This document shows positions 12,801-26,500 of a DNA stretch of 64,000 nt, one piece after another. Position 1 is the stretch's first letter. The number at the start of each line of letters is the position of its first letter. Source of the stretch: Isurus oxyrinchus. Lineage: Eukaryota. The DNA is taken from assembly GCA_026770705.1 (NCBI GenBank), contig JANJGN010000034.1, positions 7,006,001 to 7,070,000 of the forward strand. Reading direction: 5' to 3'. The translations under genes and the position numbers were made by a program. The notes beneath the pieces were generated by a model. The model saw nothing but the letters and a program-made list of their open reading frames with translations, was not told the DNA's origin and searched no databases.

Positions 12801-15800
12801 CGTAAACCAAGAAGGCCGCTTAGGAACCTCACAAATACTCAGCAGACGATGCTCTGGCTTACATGTCCTCAGAACAAAAAGGGGAATACATGACATCTTA
12901 AATGCTTCAGTGGCTCTTCTGGAGAACAAAGGCTGCTGCAGGACCAAGCCTCCAAACGTATCAGTTTTCTGCAAATAGACCAAGGTATCGTTCTCTAAAG
13001 ACACGCGGGGAAGTTGGAATGCAACTGTTTGCCCATCCTAAAATCTTTCTTTCCTTCCACGCACATCACCCATGCCATCAGGTGCCCAGCGAATACTGGA
13101 GGAAGCATTGTTGTGTTATATGCAATCTATCACTTGAAGTATGCTTGTACAGCTTTTGGTCAATTGGGAAAGTGAGCATTGGAAGGTTGCAACACCAAAA
13201 CTGACAGGAAGCTCATGATATGTTATTAGTCTCTGATTCCCACCTTACTGTACGGGACTGCAACATGGGCAACATGCAGGAGGCACCTGAAAGCCATTGG
13301 GTCATACCGTTAACACTGGCTGGGAAAGAAATTGCATATTATGTGGGAGGGCAGACAGGTGAACACTAGTGCCCCCTTACAAGCAGGCAGCATAAGCTTT
13401 GGATTTATGCTCATGTGTGATCAGCTTCGGTGAGATGGCACATAGTTCGGCTGTCAGATATCAGACTCGGAAAGCAGGTATTGTTCTCGAAGATTAGCCA
13501 GGACAGACGCACCAGAGGAGGGAGAGGAAATTCTTCAGTGATGTGCTGAAAAGCAAGATGACAAAAATTAATTATTCTTATCGACACCTCGTTGAAAACT
13601 GTTTATTGATGAAGTCAAACGGCAGCAGCCCCTATAGGAATAATAGAAGCAATTCGAGTCTGAACAAGTACAAAATGATCAGGAAAGAAAAGATCGGACA
13701 AAGGAAAACAGCATGACCCGAATTAATGATACACGACCTGACATCCAACAACGTTTGAAATGCCATGGGTGCATGAAGTCTACAGGTACCGAATCTGCCT
13801 CATCAGCTAACTCAAGTTCATGGAGGACAATCGTCATCGCTAGTGAGGCAGAGCCAGTAATAACAGTACCTGCAAGTAAATAATCACATGTTCCGATGTG
13901 GCCTCATGTTGCATCAGCTCCAGTTTTGTCAAAACTGTTTCCGTGGAAACAATTTTGCTGTTTTCCTTTTAAAGTCGCTATATACATGCAAATTGTCCTC
14001 TCCTGCCAACAGGCAAATTTAAATCTCTACCAGCAAAGTTTCTGCCGCCAAATCTGAGGGAACAGTTGCTCGCAGGATTACAACGTTAGGGTTCTTACAG
14101 TACAGTTAACCATAAGGGAGAACACCATGATTCCGGAAGAGAAAATAAACATTTGTAGCATAAACAAAGAACACAGCTTGTTATAGATTGGTTACAGAAA
14201 AGAATGAGGTGACCGGCTCTTCGTGTCAGAGGCGTATCTCTGGGTCATTATCTCGGCTGTTCCCATGCTGCAGACCTTCACATACAGCGCATGCAACTTG
14301 TTTGCTATTCAAAGAATTACCCAGCTCCCTATTAAAATCCATGATTGTCCCTTCACCGAGCTCATTCTTAGGCATTGCATTTCGGAACATAATGATGCAC
14401 TGCAGATTTAATTTTCCCCATCTTCCCTTTGGTTTTCTGTCAGTTAGCATTAAATTAATGTCTTCCGGTTCTTGACCATTCCAGATGGAACAGTCTATAC
14501 TTGCCTAACATGTCCAGGCCACGTCGTGAATGTGAAAAGCCCCATCAAATCATCTTTCACTCATACTGTATCTATAGAAACCGCTCTGAATTCTCAATTC
14601 TTTCCAGCTGGAAGAAACAATCATATCTGGAAACATTTCCATGAATACAAGCTCTACCCTCTCTAACGCCTTCACTTCTCCTTAAACTATGTTGTCCAAA
14701 ATATGCCACAAGTCCCTAGTTGAAGTCGAACTAGCGATTAAACAGTTTTACCATATCTTCCTTTCATTGATGCATTTTCTTTTATTTCTGAAGCCGAAGA
14801 TTTCACCTGGCTTAGTGACTGCGTTTTCAATCTGCCCTGCATCTTGCAACCATTTGAGCTCTTATACTCCCAAAGCCCCATAAGCGGCTTCAATCCCCTT
14901 TAGAATGCTACCACAAGTTGCTCATTGCCTCTTCCTACAAAAATACATCAATTCATGCCTCTCTCCACTCATTTCAGCCGCAATAGTTCCTCCCATTCCA
15001 CCAGTCCATCTGCATCCGTTTGAATTATTTCACCATCTTCTTAGCAATTCATAGACCTGTAAAATCTGAAAACTTTGAAATTTTGCCCTGGACACTCAGC
15101 TCTAGGTCCATGTAGATAGATTGGAAGGGGGAAACTGCGCAATTTTGTTGACAATTAAGTGTGGATTATACATTTTATGAATTACAGAGCAAAGCAATTG
15201 TCAACAAGCTGTAAAAGACCTAGGTGAGCAAAATATTCCCGGTGTTGCTTTAGATTACATGCCTTGTTTTTTTTGAACCATTAAGCAAATACTTTTACTT
15301 TCGTTAAAGAGTGAAGTCATCAATTCAGGCACCCGTTGTTTAGCGATAGGCTCACATTCTCTTCTGTTGATTTCAATAACATAAAATACTGAGCAGAAAG
15401 CAAAACAGGCCAACCATCCGAAAGTGGGTAGGATGAATTTCCGATGCTCCATGCATCACGATTATTGCTGCTTTTTGTTACAACTCTTACTGAATCCTGC
15501 ATGCTAACGGGCTCATGACTTTTTTTTTAAAACTTATCGATTTGGCACCAAGTTGGCAAAGTGTTCTAACCAATAACGAAACTCCTCTTACTCGTGAAAA
15601 GTGTTGTTCAATCCTATAATTTTTGGTTTGTTTGTCATGTAATCCCGAACAGAAGAAAAACTGACTGCAAAAGAAGAAGGTACCTCATCTGACGTATTTT
15701 TTTGAAAAAGCCAGATATTGACAATGGTTGATTGCTTCTTTACAAGATTTGTTTTGTTTTCGTTTGAATGTTTTATGCTTTTTTTTTAACAAAGCAGATT

Positions 15801-17536
15801 CCTAGAATGTGCCTGAAGGGTTGGCAGCAGAAGGATTCTATATAGGGGTTCCATAGCTTCGAGTTAGGAGGGCATATTTACCAATGCTGCGTAACACAAA
15901 GTTGTAAGACAATAAATAACATGTGACCGAATGAACTGAATAAGGAATTCACTTAATGCCCCTTAAACAAGGTAGTGGTAACAACGAAGTACTCGCTAGC
16001 ACAGTGAAGTTAGAAATAAAACGTACTTGGTGGTTAAGAATGACAGGTTTGCTGATAGAGTTTATGAAGGAGTTCTTCTGACGCCGCTGTGGAGTCACAA
16101 CTTTCAGCCAGAAGCTCCGTGTTCAAGTCTCACTTCAGGACTTAATGGCTTTTGAATCTGCGTTCGTATCTGGCCGGCTGTATTGGGCACCAACTTGCAA
16201 AACATTCCAATGTGCATGGCGGCAGGTGCTAAGAATTGAAGAGCTGCTGGCAAGCCAGAGAGCAGAAAGCAACTTCAAATGACTCTCGTACTTTGCCAAG
16301 CATAATCAAGGCCACATCCAATGCAAATTCCTGTCCACCAACACCCTCTGAATGCAAGTTATCTGAAAAAGCAGGAATGAAATAAGGTATGTGGTATGTT
16401 GCTCTGGTGGAGGATAAGCTTAGGGATGGAACAGTTGATTGGACGGACAGATATTTTCCACTAATTTATATGGGTCTGACTTCCCTCTCGGTACCGAATT
16501 CATTAGATTCAAATCCTTTTTTGAAATGTAAACCATTCCAAATTGTAAGGAAAAATGACAGAATGCCCTCTCTAGTTGATCGGTGACATGCCTAACCATG
16601 GAGAAGCACCGTGTATCTACTTAAATAAGGTAATTGTACAATCGTTAACAGGAGGAAAATGGCAAAGTCCCGCAATAAAAGACAAACTGCAAAAGCATTT
16701 GGTTTCACGGTTGTGAAAATTAATATGCAAACAGAAGCACGGTGCAGGTTACTAATTGAGACTTACAGCGCCGGAAAAAAGTAGAATTATGCGATGTCTT
16801 ATTTTTTAAGCATGCATGATATGCAAGTAAGGTATACTAAAGCATGCCATGAAACTATTGGATGACCGTCTCGGGGAGATTCAATGTGATGCCTCTGTAT
16901 GTTACTGCCCAACCTGTACACAAGTAAGGTGACCGATGCCAGCATCCTGCTTATTGCTACTGCAACACCAGCACTCAGCTCTCTGTTAAAATGGAGTATG
17001 AAATGACAGCCCAAATTAGACCTCATATTTTTATGAATATGATACAAGGATTAGCTGAGGTAAATATTCTGCCATTATTTATGAGCAGGTTAAGTCGACA
17101 CTTCAGGAGGAATTGAGCGGAAGTACATATGAGATGCAATACGTGGAAGTATGGAGCACGTGGAAGAACATAATCCACTTAGTCAAATACCTTGAACAGT
17201 ACTGTAAATTCTGCATAGTAAGTGGGGAGGGTGGGGAGGAGGGGAGGAGGAAATTGAAATAATGATGAAACTCTCACATCTCACTATTCTAGAGATTCTA
17301 ACGTGCCAAGAGTCTTTAAAGGATTCAGGTGGGAAATATATTTATTATTTGTGTAAAATACCTGCTGCATGAAATATTCCTGCAATTCCTAGCCCACACG
17401 TAGAATACAGAAGTGCCGATCAGTAATTCTAAATGTACAGATGCAAACTTTGCCTGCATTGCATATTAACCCAGAATAGAAAGAGGCCAACCCTCCACCT
17501 TCTGATTCTGCTAAACAAAGAGTTTTATCTCTCCCC

Positions 17537-17568
<32 letters not shown>

Positions 17569-20500
17569 GATTATCTGCGTTCCAGAAATCTTTTCACACA
17601 ACGTTCCAAATGCTTGTTCTGCACAATAAGTTGTTGTTCCTCGCCAACCCCCTCCACCCCACCCTATGATTTGTCTATCAAAAACCATAAATCTGCGTTT
17701 CTTTTTTGCTGGTCAAATAACTGACGCTCCTGGTGCTGTCAATTAAATCTTCCCTGAACTCCCAACATGATTTGCGAATTATTGCAAAGCTTGGTGCTTT
17801 GAAGTTGAATACAATATCCTAAAGTGGCGCATATAATACAACATACGTTGAGATGCTGCACTGATTGCCGACGTGTTGGTTAGATACACATCTTCAGCAG
17901 TGAGTTCTCCGTCAATTATTGATCCCGACTAATGCATGGCGCTGTTACCTGAGCTGGTTTTCCGGCTGGGCATGGAATGGACGGCTGTTGCGATAGGGTC
18001 AGTTTCACGCTACAGTCCAGGATTATTATTTACCACTTTATGTAGGGGATCTACATTATTGTACTGTTGCGAGATATGCACGCAGCAGTATGCTTGACAT
18101 AGCAACACTTTGAAAATGTCAATCCACCTGCAAACTGGTGCCTTTTCATATAAATCAACAAATGTTTCAATGATTCCAAAAACCTTCCTGTTGACATCAT
18201 GCCTTGACAGAAAAGAAGCTGGAAGGGAAAGAAAAAGGTAGGCAGTTTAAGGGTTCGCTGTTTTAAAAAGACAGAAATCAAAGTTTTAGGAATATACGTA
18301 CGCGCCTTTTGTTTCATGAGTAACTTCTGTCATAAAGCATTTAGCATTATTAACGGGAAGATCGGATGAATTTGGTAATGGGCTATATGTGGAGAAAATA
18401 TTTCAGCTTGAGGTAACACGCAAAATTGAGAGCAAGTAAGGTCGTAGTTTAACATTAATCCAACCTCACACTCAGGAGGAAAGTATTGATCCAGGAGACG
18501 ACAAGAATTTGGAATTCGCTGCTGCATGATCCTTTGTTTTACAGAATTTCGCAGCATTTTTTTATGATCGAGGACAGTTATCCACTGAAATCCCACGAAT
18601 GTTCAATTGACCTGATTATCACCGAGTAAATGTCGTGTCGTCCCCAAGGAAATTTTAATTCAGCATTGTCCACTCCAGATTAATGGCCCCGTGCATTGTT
18701 AAGCAAGTTTACCCCGTGCTTGCAGTCTGGTTTAAAGAGTGTTACTTCTACAAAATAACAATGCATTCCCTTGAGAACTTGTTCATGCTTTGGGTCATGA
18801 TTTCGGGACGATACATGTTGATCTCTAAATATCAAGACTGTGTTCCCTCAGGTGGCTTGCAGTCATTTCAGTGGCCATGTGTGATTGAAATTTCTCGGCG
18901 CGCTTCTCTTTCAGCCAACGAGCTGAATTGTGGAATGCTGTGTAGCAAACGCTGTAGAGTTCAGGCACTAACTAACAAATTAAGCTGATCGTTCTTAACA
19001 GAATACTAAAGTGGAGTCTTCCAAATCAGCATATAGAACCCAATTAAATAATATCTACACGCAGAAAAACATAGTGCCTAGTTAAACAAAGGCGCTACGA
19101 ATTACACCAAAAGATTTCTAGGTTAAGACGAAGTTTAAGTTCTCATAGCAAAGAAAATTAACGAATCAAACCAGGCCAATGTCTCTTGTAAAAAGCAAAA
19201 GTTTGTCACGAATAAAATGCAGTTAGTGGAAGAGTTTCAAGTAATGCAAAACACATTCCTCTATTCAAAATCAGTCTCTAACAGCAGTGTAGGTTCCAGA
19301 CACGATTGTTAAGAGGATTGCCGGGCCACTTTGATTGCTGTCGGGGAATGTTGGGATACTGAAATGATTGCACTGTTACTTCACATTAACAATGGGGTTT
19401 TATTACTTCTGCAATATGTCCCAAGGCCCCAAGGCATGTTTGCTAATTTTTTCACCTAAAAATCTCCTTCCACCTTGGACATTCACATATTTCCTGCGCG
19501 GTTTCCAGAATCCACCACTCGTCCTCACCCCGGAGTCTGTCCAATAATTATACTTTTGTTCGAAACATGGTTAAAGGCAGTCAGGTTCCTTATGCCCTGT
19601 GGCACTTCGGTTACTGAGAAGGCCGTTTAGGAACCTCGCAAATACTCAGCAGACGATGCCCTGGCTTACATATCCTCAGAACAAAAAAGGGAATACATGA
19701 CATCTTAAATACTTCAATGGCTCTTCTGGCGAACAAAGGTTGCTGCAGGACCAAGCCTACAATCCTTTCAGTTTTCTGCCAATACACCAAGGTGCTGTTC
19801 TCTAAAGAAACGCGGGGAAGTTGGAATGCAACGGTTTGCCCATCCTAAAATCTTTCTTTCTTTCCGAGCACATCATCCATGCGATCTGCTGCCCAGCGAA
19901 TGCTGGAGGGAGCATTGTTGTGTTGTATGCAAACTATCACTTGAAGTATGCTTGTACTGCTTTTGGCCAATTCAGAAAGTTAGCATTGGAAGGTCGCAAC
20001 ACCAAAACTGACAGGAAGCTCATGATATGTTATTTTTCTCTGATTCCCACGTTACTGTACAGGGCTGCAACATGTGTAACATGCAGGAGGCACCTGAAGG
20101 TCATTGGGTCATACAGATAACACTGGCTGTGAACGAAATAGCATATTATGTGGGAGGACAGTCAGCTGAACACTAGTGCCCCCTTACAAGCAGGCAACAT
20201 AAGCTTTGGGTCTATGCTCATGTGCGATTAGCTTCGGTGAGTTGGCCCATAGTTCGGCTGTCAGATATCAGACTCGGAAAGCAGGTACTGTTCTCAAACA
20301 TTAGCCAAGACAGTCGCACCAGAGGAGGGTAGAGGAAGTTCTTCAGTGATGTGCTGAAAAGCAAGATGACAAAAATTAATTATTCTTATCGACAGCTCGT
20401 TGAACACTGTTTTTTGATTAAGCCAAACGGCAACAGGCCCTGTAGGAAGGACCCCAGCAATTTGAGTCCGAACAAGTACAAAATGATTAGGAAAAACAAG

Positions 20501-23500
20501 ATGGGACAAAGGAAAACAGCATGACCCGAATTAATAAGACACGGCCTGACATCCAACAACGTTTGAAATGCATTGGGTTCATGAAGTCTGGAGGTCCGGA
20601 ATCCGCCTCTTCATCCATCTCAAGCTCATGGAAGACAATCGTCCTGGCTGGTGAGGCATAGCCAGTAATAACAGTATCTGCAAGTAATTAATCACGTGTC
20701 CCGATGTGGCCTCAAGTTGCATCAGATCCAGTTTTGTCGAAATTGTTTCCGTGGAAGCAATTTTGTGGTTTTTCTAATAAAGTCACTATATACATGCAAA
20801 TTGTACTTTCCCGTCAACAGCCAAATTTAAATACCTACCAGCAATGTTTCTGCCGCCAAATCTGAGGGAAAAGTTGCTCGCAGGGTTACAACTTGGGTGT
20901 TCTTACAGTACAGTTAACCATGAGGGAGAAAATCATGATTTTGGAAGAGAAACTAAACATTTGTAACATAAACAAAGAACACAGCTTTTCATAGATCGGT
21001 TACAGAAAAGAATGAGGCGTTCCAGCTCTTCGTGTCAGAGGCGTATCTCTGGGTCATTATCTCAGCTGTTCCCATGCTCCAGACCTTCACCTGCTGCGCC
21101 GACAACTTGCTGGCTATTATAAGAATTACCCAGCTCCCTATTAAAATCCATGATTGTCCCTTCACCGAGGTCATTCATAGGCATTGCATTTCGGAACCTA
21201 ATCATGCGCTGCAGATTTAATTTTCCCCATGTCCTCTTTGGTTTTCTGTCAGTTAACATTAGATTAACGTCTTCCGGTTCTTGACCATTCCAGATGGAAC
21301 AGTCTATACTTGCCTAACATGTCCAGGCCATGTCGTGAATTTGAAAAGCCCCATCAAATCATCTTTCACTCTTATTGTATCTCTGTACAACCGCTCTGAA
21401 TTCTCAATTCTTTCCAGCTGGAAGAAACAATCATCTCTGGAAACATTCCCATGACTAGAAGCTCTACCCTCTCTAACGCCTTCACTTATTCCTAAACTAT
21501 GATGTCCAAAATATGACACAAGTCCCTTCTGATGTCTAACTAGTGGTTAAACAGTTTTACCATATCTTTCTTTCTTTGGTGCATATTCATCTATTTCTGA
21601 AGCCGAAGATTTCACCTGGCTTAGTAACCGCATTTTCAATCTGCCCTGCATCTTGCAACCATTTGTCCTCTTATACTCCCAAAGCCCCATAAGCAGCTGC
21701 AATCCCCTTTGGAATGCTACCACAAGTCGCTCATTGCCTCTTTCTACCAATATATATCAATTCATGCCTCTCTCCACTCATTTCAACGGCAATAGTTCCT
21801 CCCATTCCACCAGTCCATCTGCATCCATTTGACGTATTTTACGATCTTCTGTGCAATTCATAGACCTGTAAAATCTGAAAAGTTTGAAATTTTGCCTTGG
21901 ACACTCAGGTCTAGGTCCTTGATGCATACCTTGTAGATAGATTGGAAGGGGGAAACTGTGCAATTTTGTTGACAATTAAGTGTGGTTATCCATTTTATGA
22001 ATTACAGAGCTAAGCGATTGTAAACAAGCTGTAAAAGACCTAGGTGAGCAAAATATTCCTGGTGTTGTTTTAGATTACATTGCCTTATTTGTTCAACCAT
22101 TAAGCATATACTTTTATTTTTGTTAAAAAGTGGAGTCATCAATTCAGGCACCCGTTGTTTAGCAATAGGCCAACATTCGCTTCTGTTGATTTCAAAAAAA
22201 GAAAATACTGGGCAGAAAGGAAAATAGGCCTTCCATCCGATAGTGGGCATTTGAATTTCTGATGGTCCATGCATCACGATTATTGCTGCGTTTTGTCAAA
22301 ACTCTTACTGAATCCTGCACACTAACGGAATGATGTTATTTTTTAACTTTATCGATTTAGCACCACGTTGGCAAAGTGTTCTAACTATTAACGAAACTCC
22401 TCCCACTCATGAAAAATGCTGTTTAAAACTACAATTTTTGCTTTGTTCATCATGTAATCTCGAACAGAAGAAAAACTGACTGCAAAAGAAAAAGGTACCT
22501 GATCTGACATATTTTTCTTCAAAAAGCCAGAGATTGACAATGGCTGATTGCTTCTTTACATAATGTGTTTTGTTTTCGTATGAATGTTTTATATTTTTTT
22601 TTCAACTTAGCAGACTCGTAGCATGTACCCGAACGGTTGGCAGCAGAAGAATGCTATACGTGGGCTCGATAGTTTCGAGTTAGGGGGGCATATTTACCAG
22701 TGCTGTGTCACACAAAGTTGTAAGACAATAAATGTCATGTATACTAATGAAATGAATAAGGAATTCATTTAATGATTCTTAAACAACGTAGCGGTAACAA
22801 GGAAGCACTCGCTAGCACAGTGAAGTTAGAAATAAAACATATGTGCTGGTTAAGAATGAAAGGCTTGCTGATAGAGTTTATGAAGGAGTTCTTGTGATGC
22901 TGTTGTGGAATCACATCTTTCAGCGAGAAGTCTTACGTCAGGACTTGCTTGCTGTTGAAGCTGCGTTCGTAAGTTGGCCGGCTGTTACCAACTTGTAAAA
23001 CCTCCCAATGCACCTGGCGGCAGGTGCTAAGAATGGGAGAGATGCTGGTCAGCAGGGAACAATGTCTAATGACTGTTGTACATTGCCAAGCATAATCATG
23101 GCCAATTCCAATGCAAATCCATGACCACCAATACAATCTCAATGTAAGTTACCTCGAAAAGCAAGAATGAAATAATGAAATATTCTCTGGTGGAGAATAG
23201 GCTTAGGCATGGGACACTTGATTGGAAGGACAGAAATTTTCCGCTAATTTATATGGGTCGGACTACTCCCTCGGTACTGAATTCATTAGATTTAAATCTT
23301 CTTTTGAAATGTAAATCACTCCAAATTGGAAAGGAAAAATTACAAAATGCCCTCTCTAGTTGATTGATGACGTGCCTAACCATGGAGAAGCACCGTGTAA
23401 CTACTTAAATAATGTAATTGAACAATCGTTACTGGGAAGAAATTGGCAAACCCCCACAATAAAAGGAAATCTGCAAAAGCATTTGGTTTCACGGTTGTGC

Positions 23501-26500
23501 TGGTTAATTTGCAAACAGAAGCACGGTGCATGTTACTAATTGAGACATACAGCGCCGTTAAAGATGGTATTATGCGATGTCTTACTTTGTAAGCTTGTAT
23601 AATATGCAAGTAAAATATACTAAAGAATGCCATTCAACTATTGGATGAACGTCTTGGGGAGATTCAATGTGTTATCTCTGTATGTTACTGCCCAACCTGT
23701 ACTCAAGTAAGGTGACCGATGCCAGCCTCGTGCTTATTGCTACTGCCACCCCAGCACTCTGCTCCTCGTTAAAATAGAGTACGAAATGGCGGCCCAAATT
23801 AGACCTCGTATTTTTATTAATATGATACAAGGAAATATTCTGCCGTTATTTGAGAGGTAGGTTAAGTTGGCACTTCAGGAGGAACTGAACATAAGTTCAT
23901 ATGGTAATATGTGATGCAGTATGTCAGATTATGGAGCAGTGGAAGGGCATAATCCAATTTGTCGAATACCTAGGCCAGTACTGTAAATTCTGCATAGCAA
24001 GTAGGGAGGGTAGGGGTGAGGGCGAGGGGGAAATGTGCTGAAATTAACATAATGATGAAACTCTCTTATCTCACTATTCTAGAGATTCTAACGTGCCAAG
24101 AGTCTTTAAAGGATTCAGGTGGGAAATATGTTTGTTATCTGTGTAAAATACCCGTTGCACAAAATATTCTATCCCACACGTAGAACACAGAAATGCCGAT
24201 CAGTAATTTAAAATGTACAGATGTAAACATTGCCTGCATCATATAGTTACTCAGAATAGAAAGAGGCCAATCCTCCACTTATCTGTTCCTGTTATATCTC
24301 TCACCATCTCTCTCTAGATCTCTGATTAGCTTTGTTACAGAAATCATTTCACACAACCTTGCAAATGCTTGTTCTGCACAATACGTTGCTGCTCCCCGCC
24401 AACCCCCACCCCGCCCCACCCCCCCCGCCCCCACCACCCTGTGATCTGTCTATGAATATCCATACATCTGTGTTTCTTTTTTGCTGGTCGTCCTGGTTTT
24501 GAGAACCTTTTATTGTTACTTAATTTCTTAAGAATGATGGTCTCATCATATTGGGCGTCATTAGCATAGGGTCCATTAACATTGTTGCCATGATCAGAAA
24601 AATCTCATCTCCCCTCCACTGTCTATATAACGGCCCGCCCTGGTACGGTTGATTAAATCTTCCCTGTGTTCCCAGTACGATTTGCGAATCACTGCAAAGC
24701 GTGGTGCATCGAATTTGAATACAATATCCAAAAGTGACGCATATAAAACAACATATTTTGAGATGCTGCACTGAGTGTTGACGTATTGGTTAGATACACA
24801 TCTTCAGCAGTGAGTTCTCCGTCAAATGTGGATCCCGACTAATGCGTGGCACTGTTAGCTGAGCTGGGTGTCTGGCTGGGCATGGATTGGGCAGCTGTTG
24901 CGATAGGGGAAGTTTCATGCTACAGCCAAGGATCACTACTTACCACTATATGTAGCATGATCTATACGATTTTATTGTTGCAGAGATATGCACGCAGCAG
25001 TATGCTTGACATAGCAACACGTTAAAAATGTCAATCCACCTGCAAACTTGTGCCTTTTCATATACATCATCAACTGTTTAATTGATTCCACAATCTTCCT
25101 GTTAACGTCATGCTTTGACAGAAACAAAGCTGGAAGGGAAAGAAAAAGGTAGGCAGTTTAAGGGTTCGCTGTTTCAAAAAAAAACGGAAATTAATGTGTT
25201 AGGAACATACCTATGCATATTTTCTTTCATGATTAACTTCTCTGAAATAGCATTTAGCATTATTAAGCGGAAGATCGGCTGAATTTGGTAATGGGCTATA
25301 TATGGAGAAAATCTTTCAGCTTGAGTTCAAAGCCAAAATTGAGAGCCAGTAAGGTAGTAGTTTAACTTTAAACATACCTGACACTCAGGAGGAAAGTATT
25401 GACCCAGAAAACAAGCAGAATGTGGAATGCACTGCTGCATCATCGTTTGTTATACGGAATTTTGGAGCATTTTTTACGACCGAAGACTGTTATCCACTGA
25501 GATCCCACGAATGTTCAATCGACCTGATTTTCATGGAGTAAATGTCATGTCGTCCCCACGAAAATTTTACTTCAGCGTTGTCAACTCCAGGCTAATGGCC
25601 CCATGCATTGTTAAGCAAGTTTACCTCGTGCTTGCAGTCTGGTTTAAAGACTGTTATTTCCACAAAATAACGATGCCTTCGTTTGAGAACTTGTTCATGC
25701 TTTAGGTCATGACTTCGGGAGGATACATGTTGACCTCTAAATATCCATGTTGTGTTCCCTTAGGTGGTTTGCAGTAGTTTCAGTGGCCATGTGTGATTGA
25801 CATTTCTTGGTGCCCTTCTCTTTCAGCCAACGAGCTGAATTTCATGCGAGCTTTAAGGAATGCTGCGTAGCAAACGCTATAGAGATCATGCACTAAATAA
25901 CAAATTAAACTGATCATTCTTAACAGAATACTGAAGCTGAGTTTGTCAAATCAGCATATAGAACCTATGTAAATAATATCCACACGCAGAAAAACATAGT
26001 GCCTAGTTAAACAAAGGTTCTACGAATTACACCAAAAGATTTCTAGATTAACACGAAGTTTAAGTTCTCCAGCAAAAAAAATTCACGAATGAAACCATGC
26101 TGATGTCTCTTGTAAAAAGCAAAAGTTTTTCACCAATGAAATACAGTTGGTGGAAGAGTTTCAAGTAATGCAAACCACATTCGTCTATTCAACCTCATTC
26201 TCTAACAGCAGTGGAGGTTCCAGACGCGATTGTTAAGAGGATTACCGGGCCAGTTTGATTGCTGTCATGGAATTTGGGAATACTAAACGGATCAGGCTGT
26301 TACTCTATCTTAACAATGGCGTTTTATGGCTTCTGCAATATGTACCAAGGACCCAAAGCATGTGTGCTAAACCCTGAGCCTAAAAATCTCCTTCAGCCTT
26401 TAACATTCACATATTTCCTGTACCGTTTCCATAGTCCACCCCACTTCCTCACTCCGGAGTCTGTCCAATAATTAAACTTTCATTCGAAACATGGTGAAAG

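Noticed and set aside
15491-15664. Minus-strand ~171-174 nt exon with a ttttcttttgcag-like acceptor
   Set aside because: Length and frame vary between units, the AG is lost in unit 1, and the apparent pyrimidine tract is the antisense of A-rich exon A.
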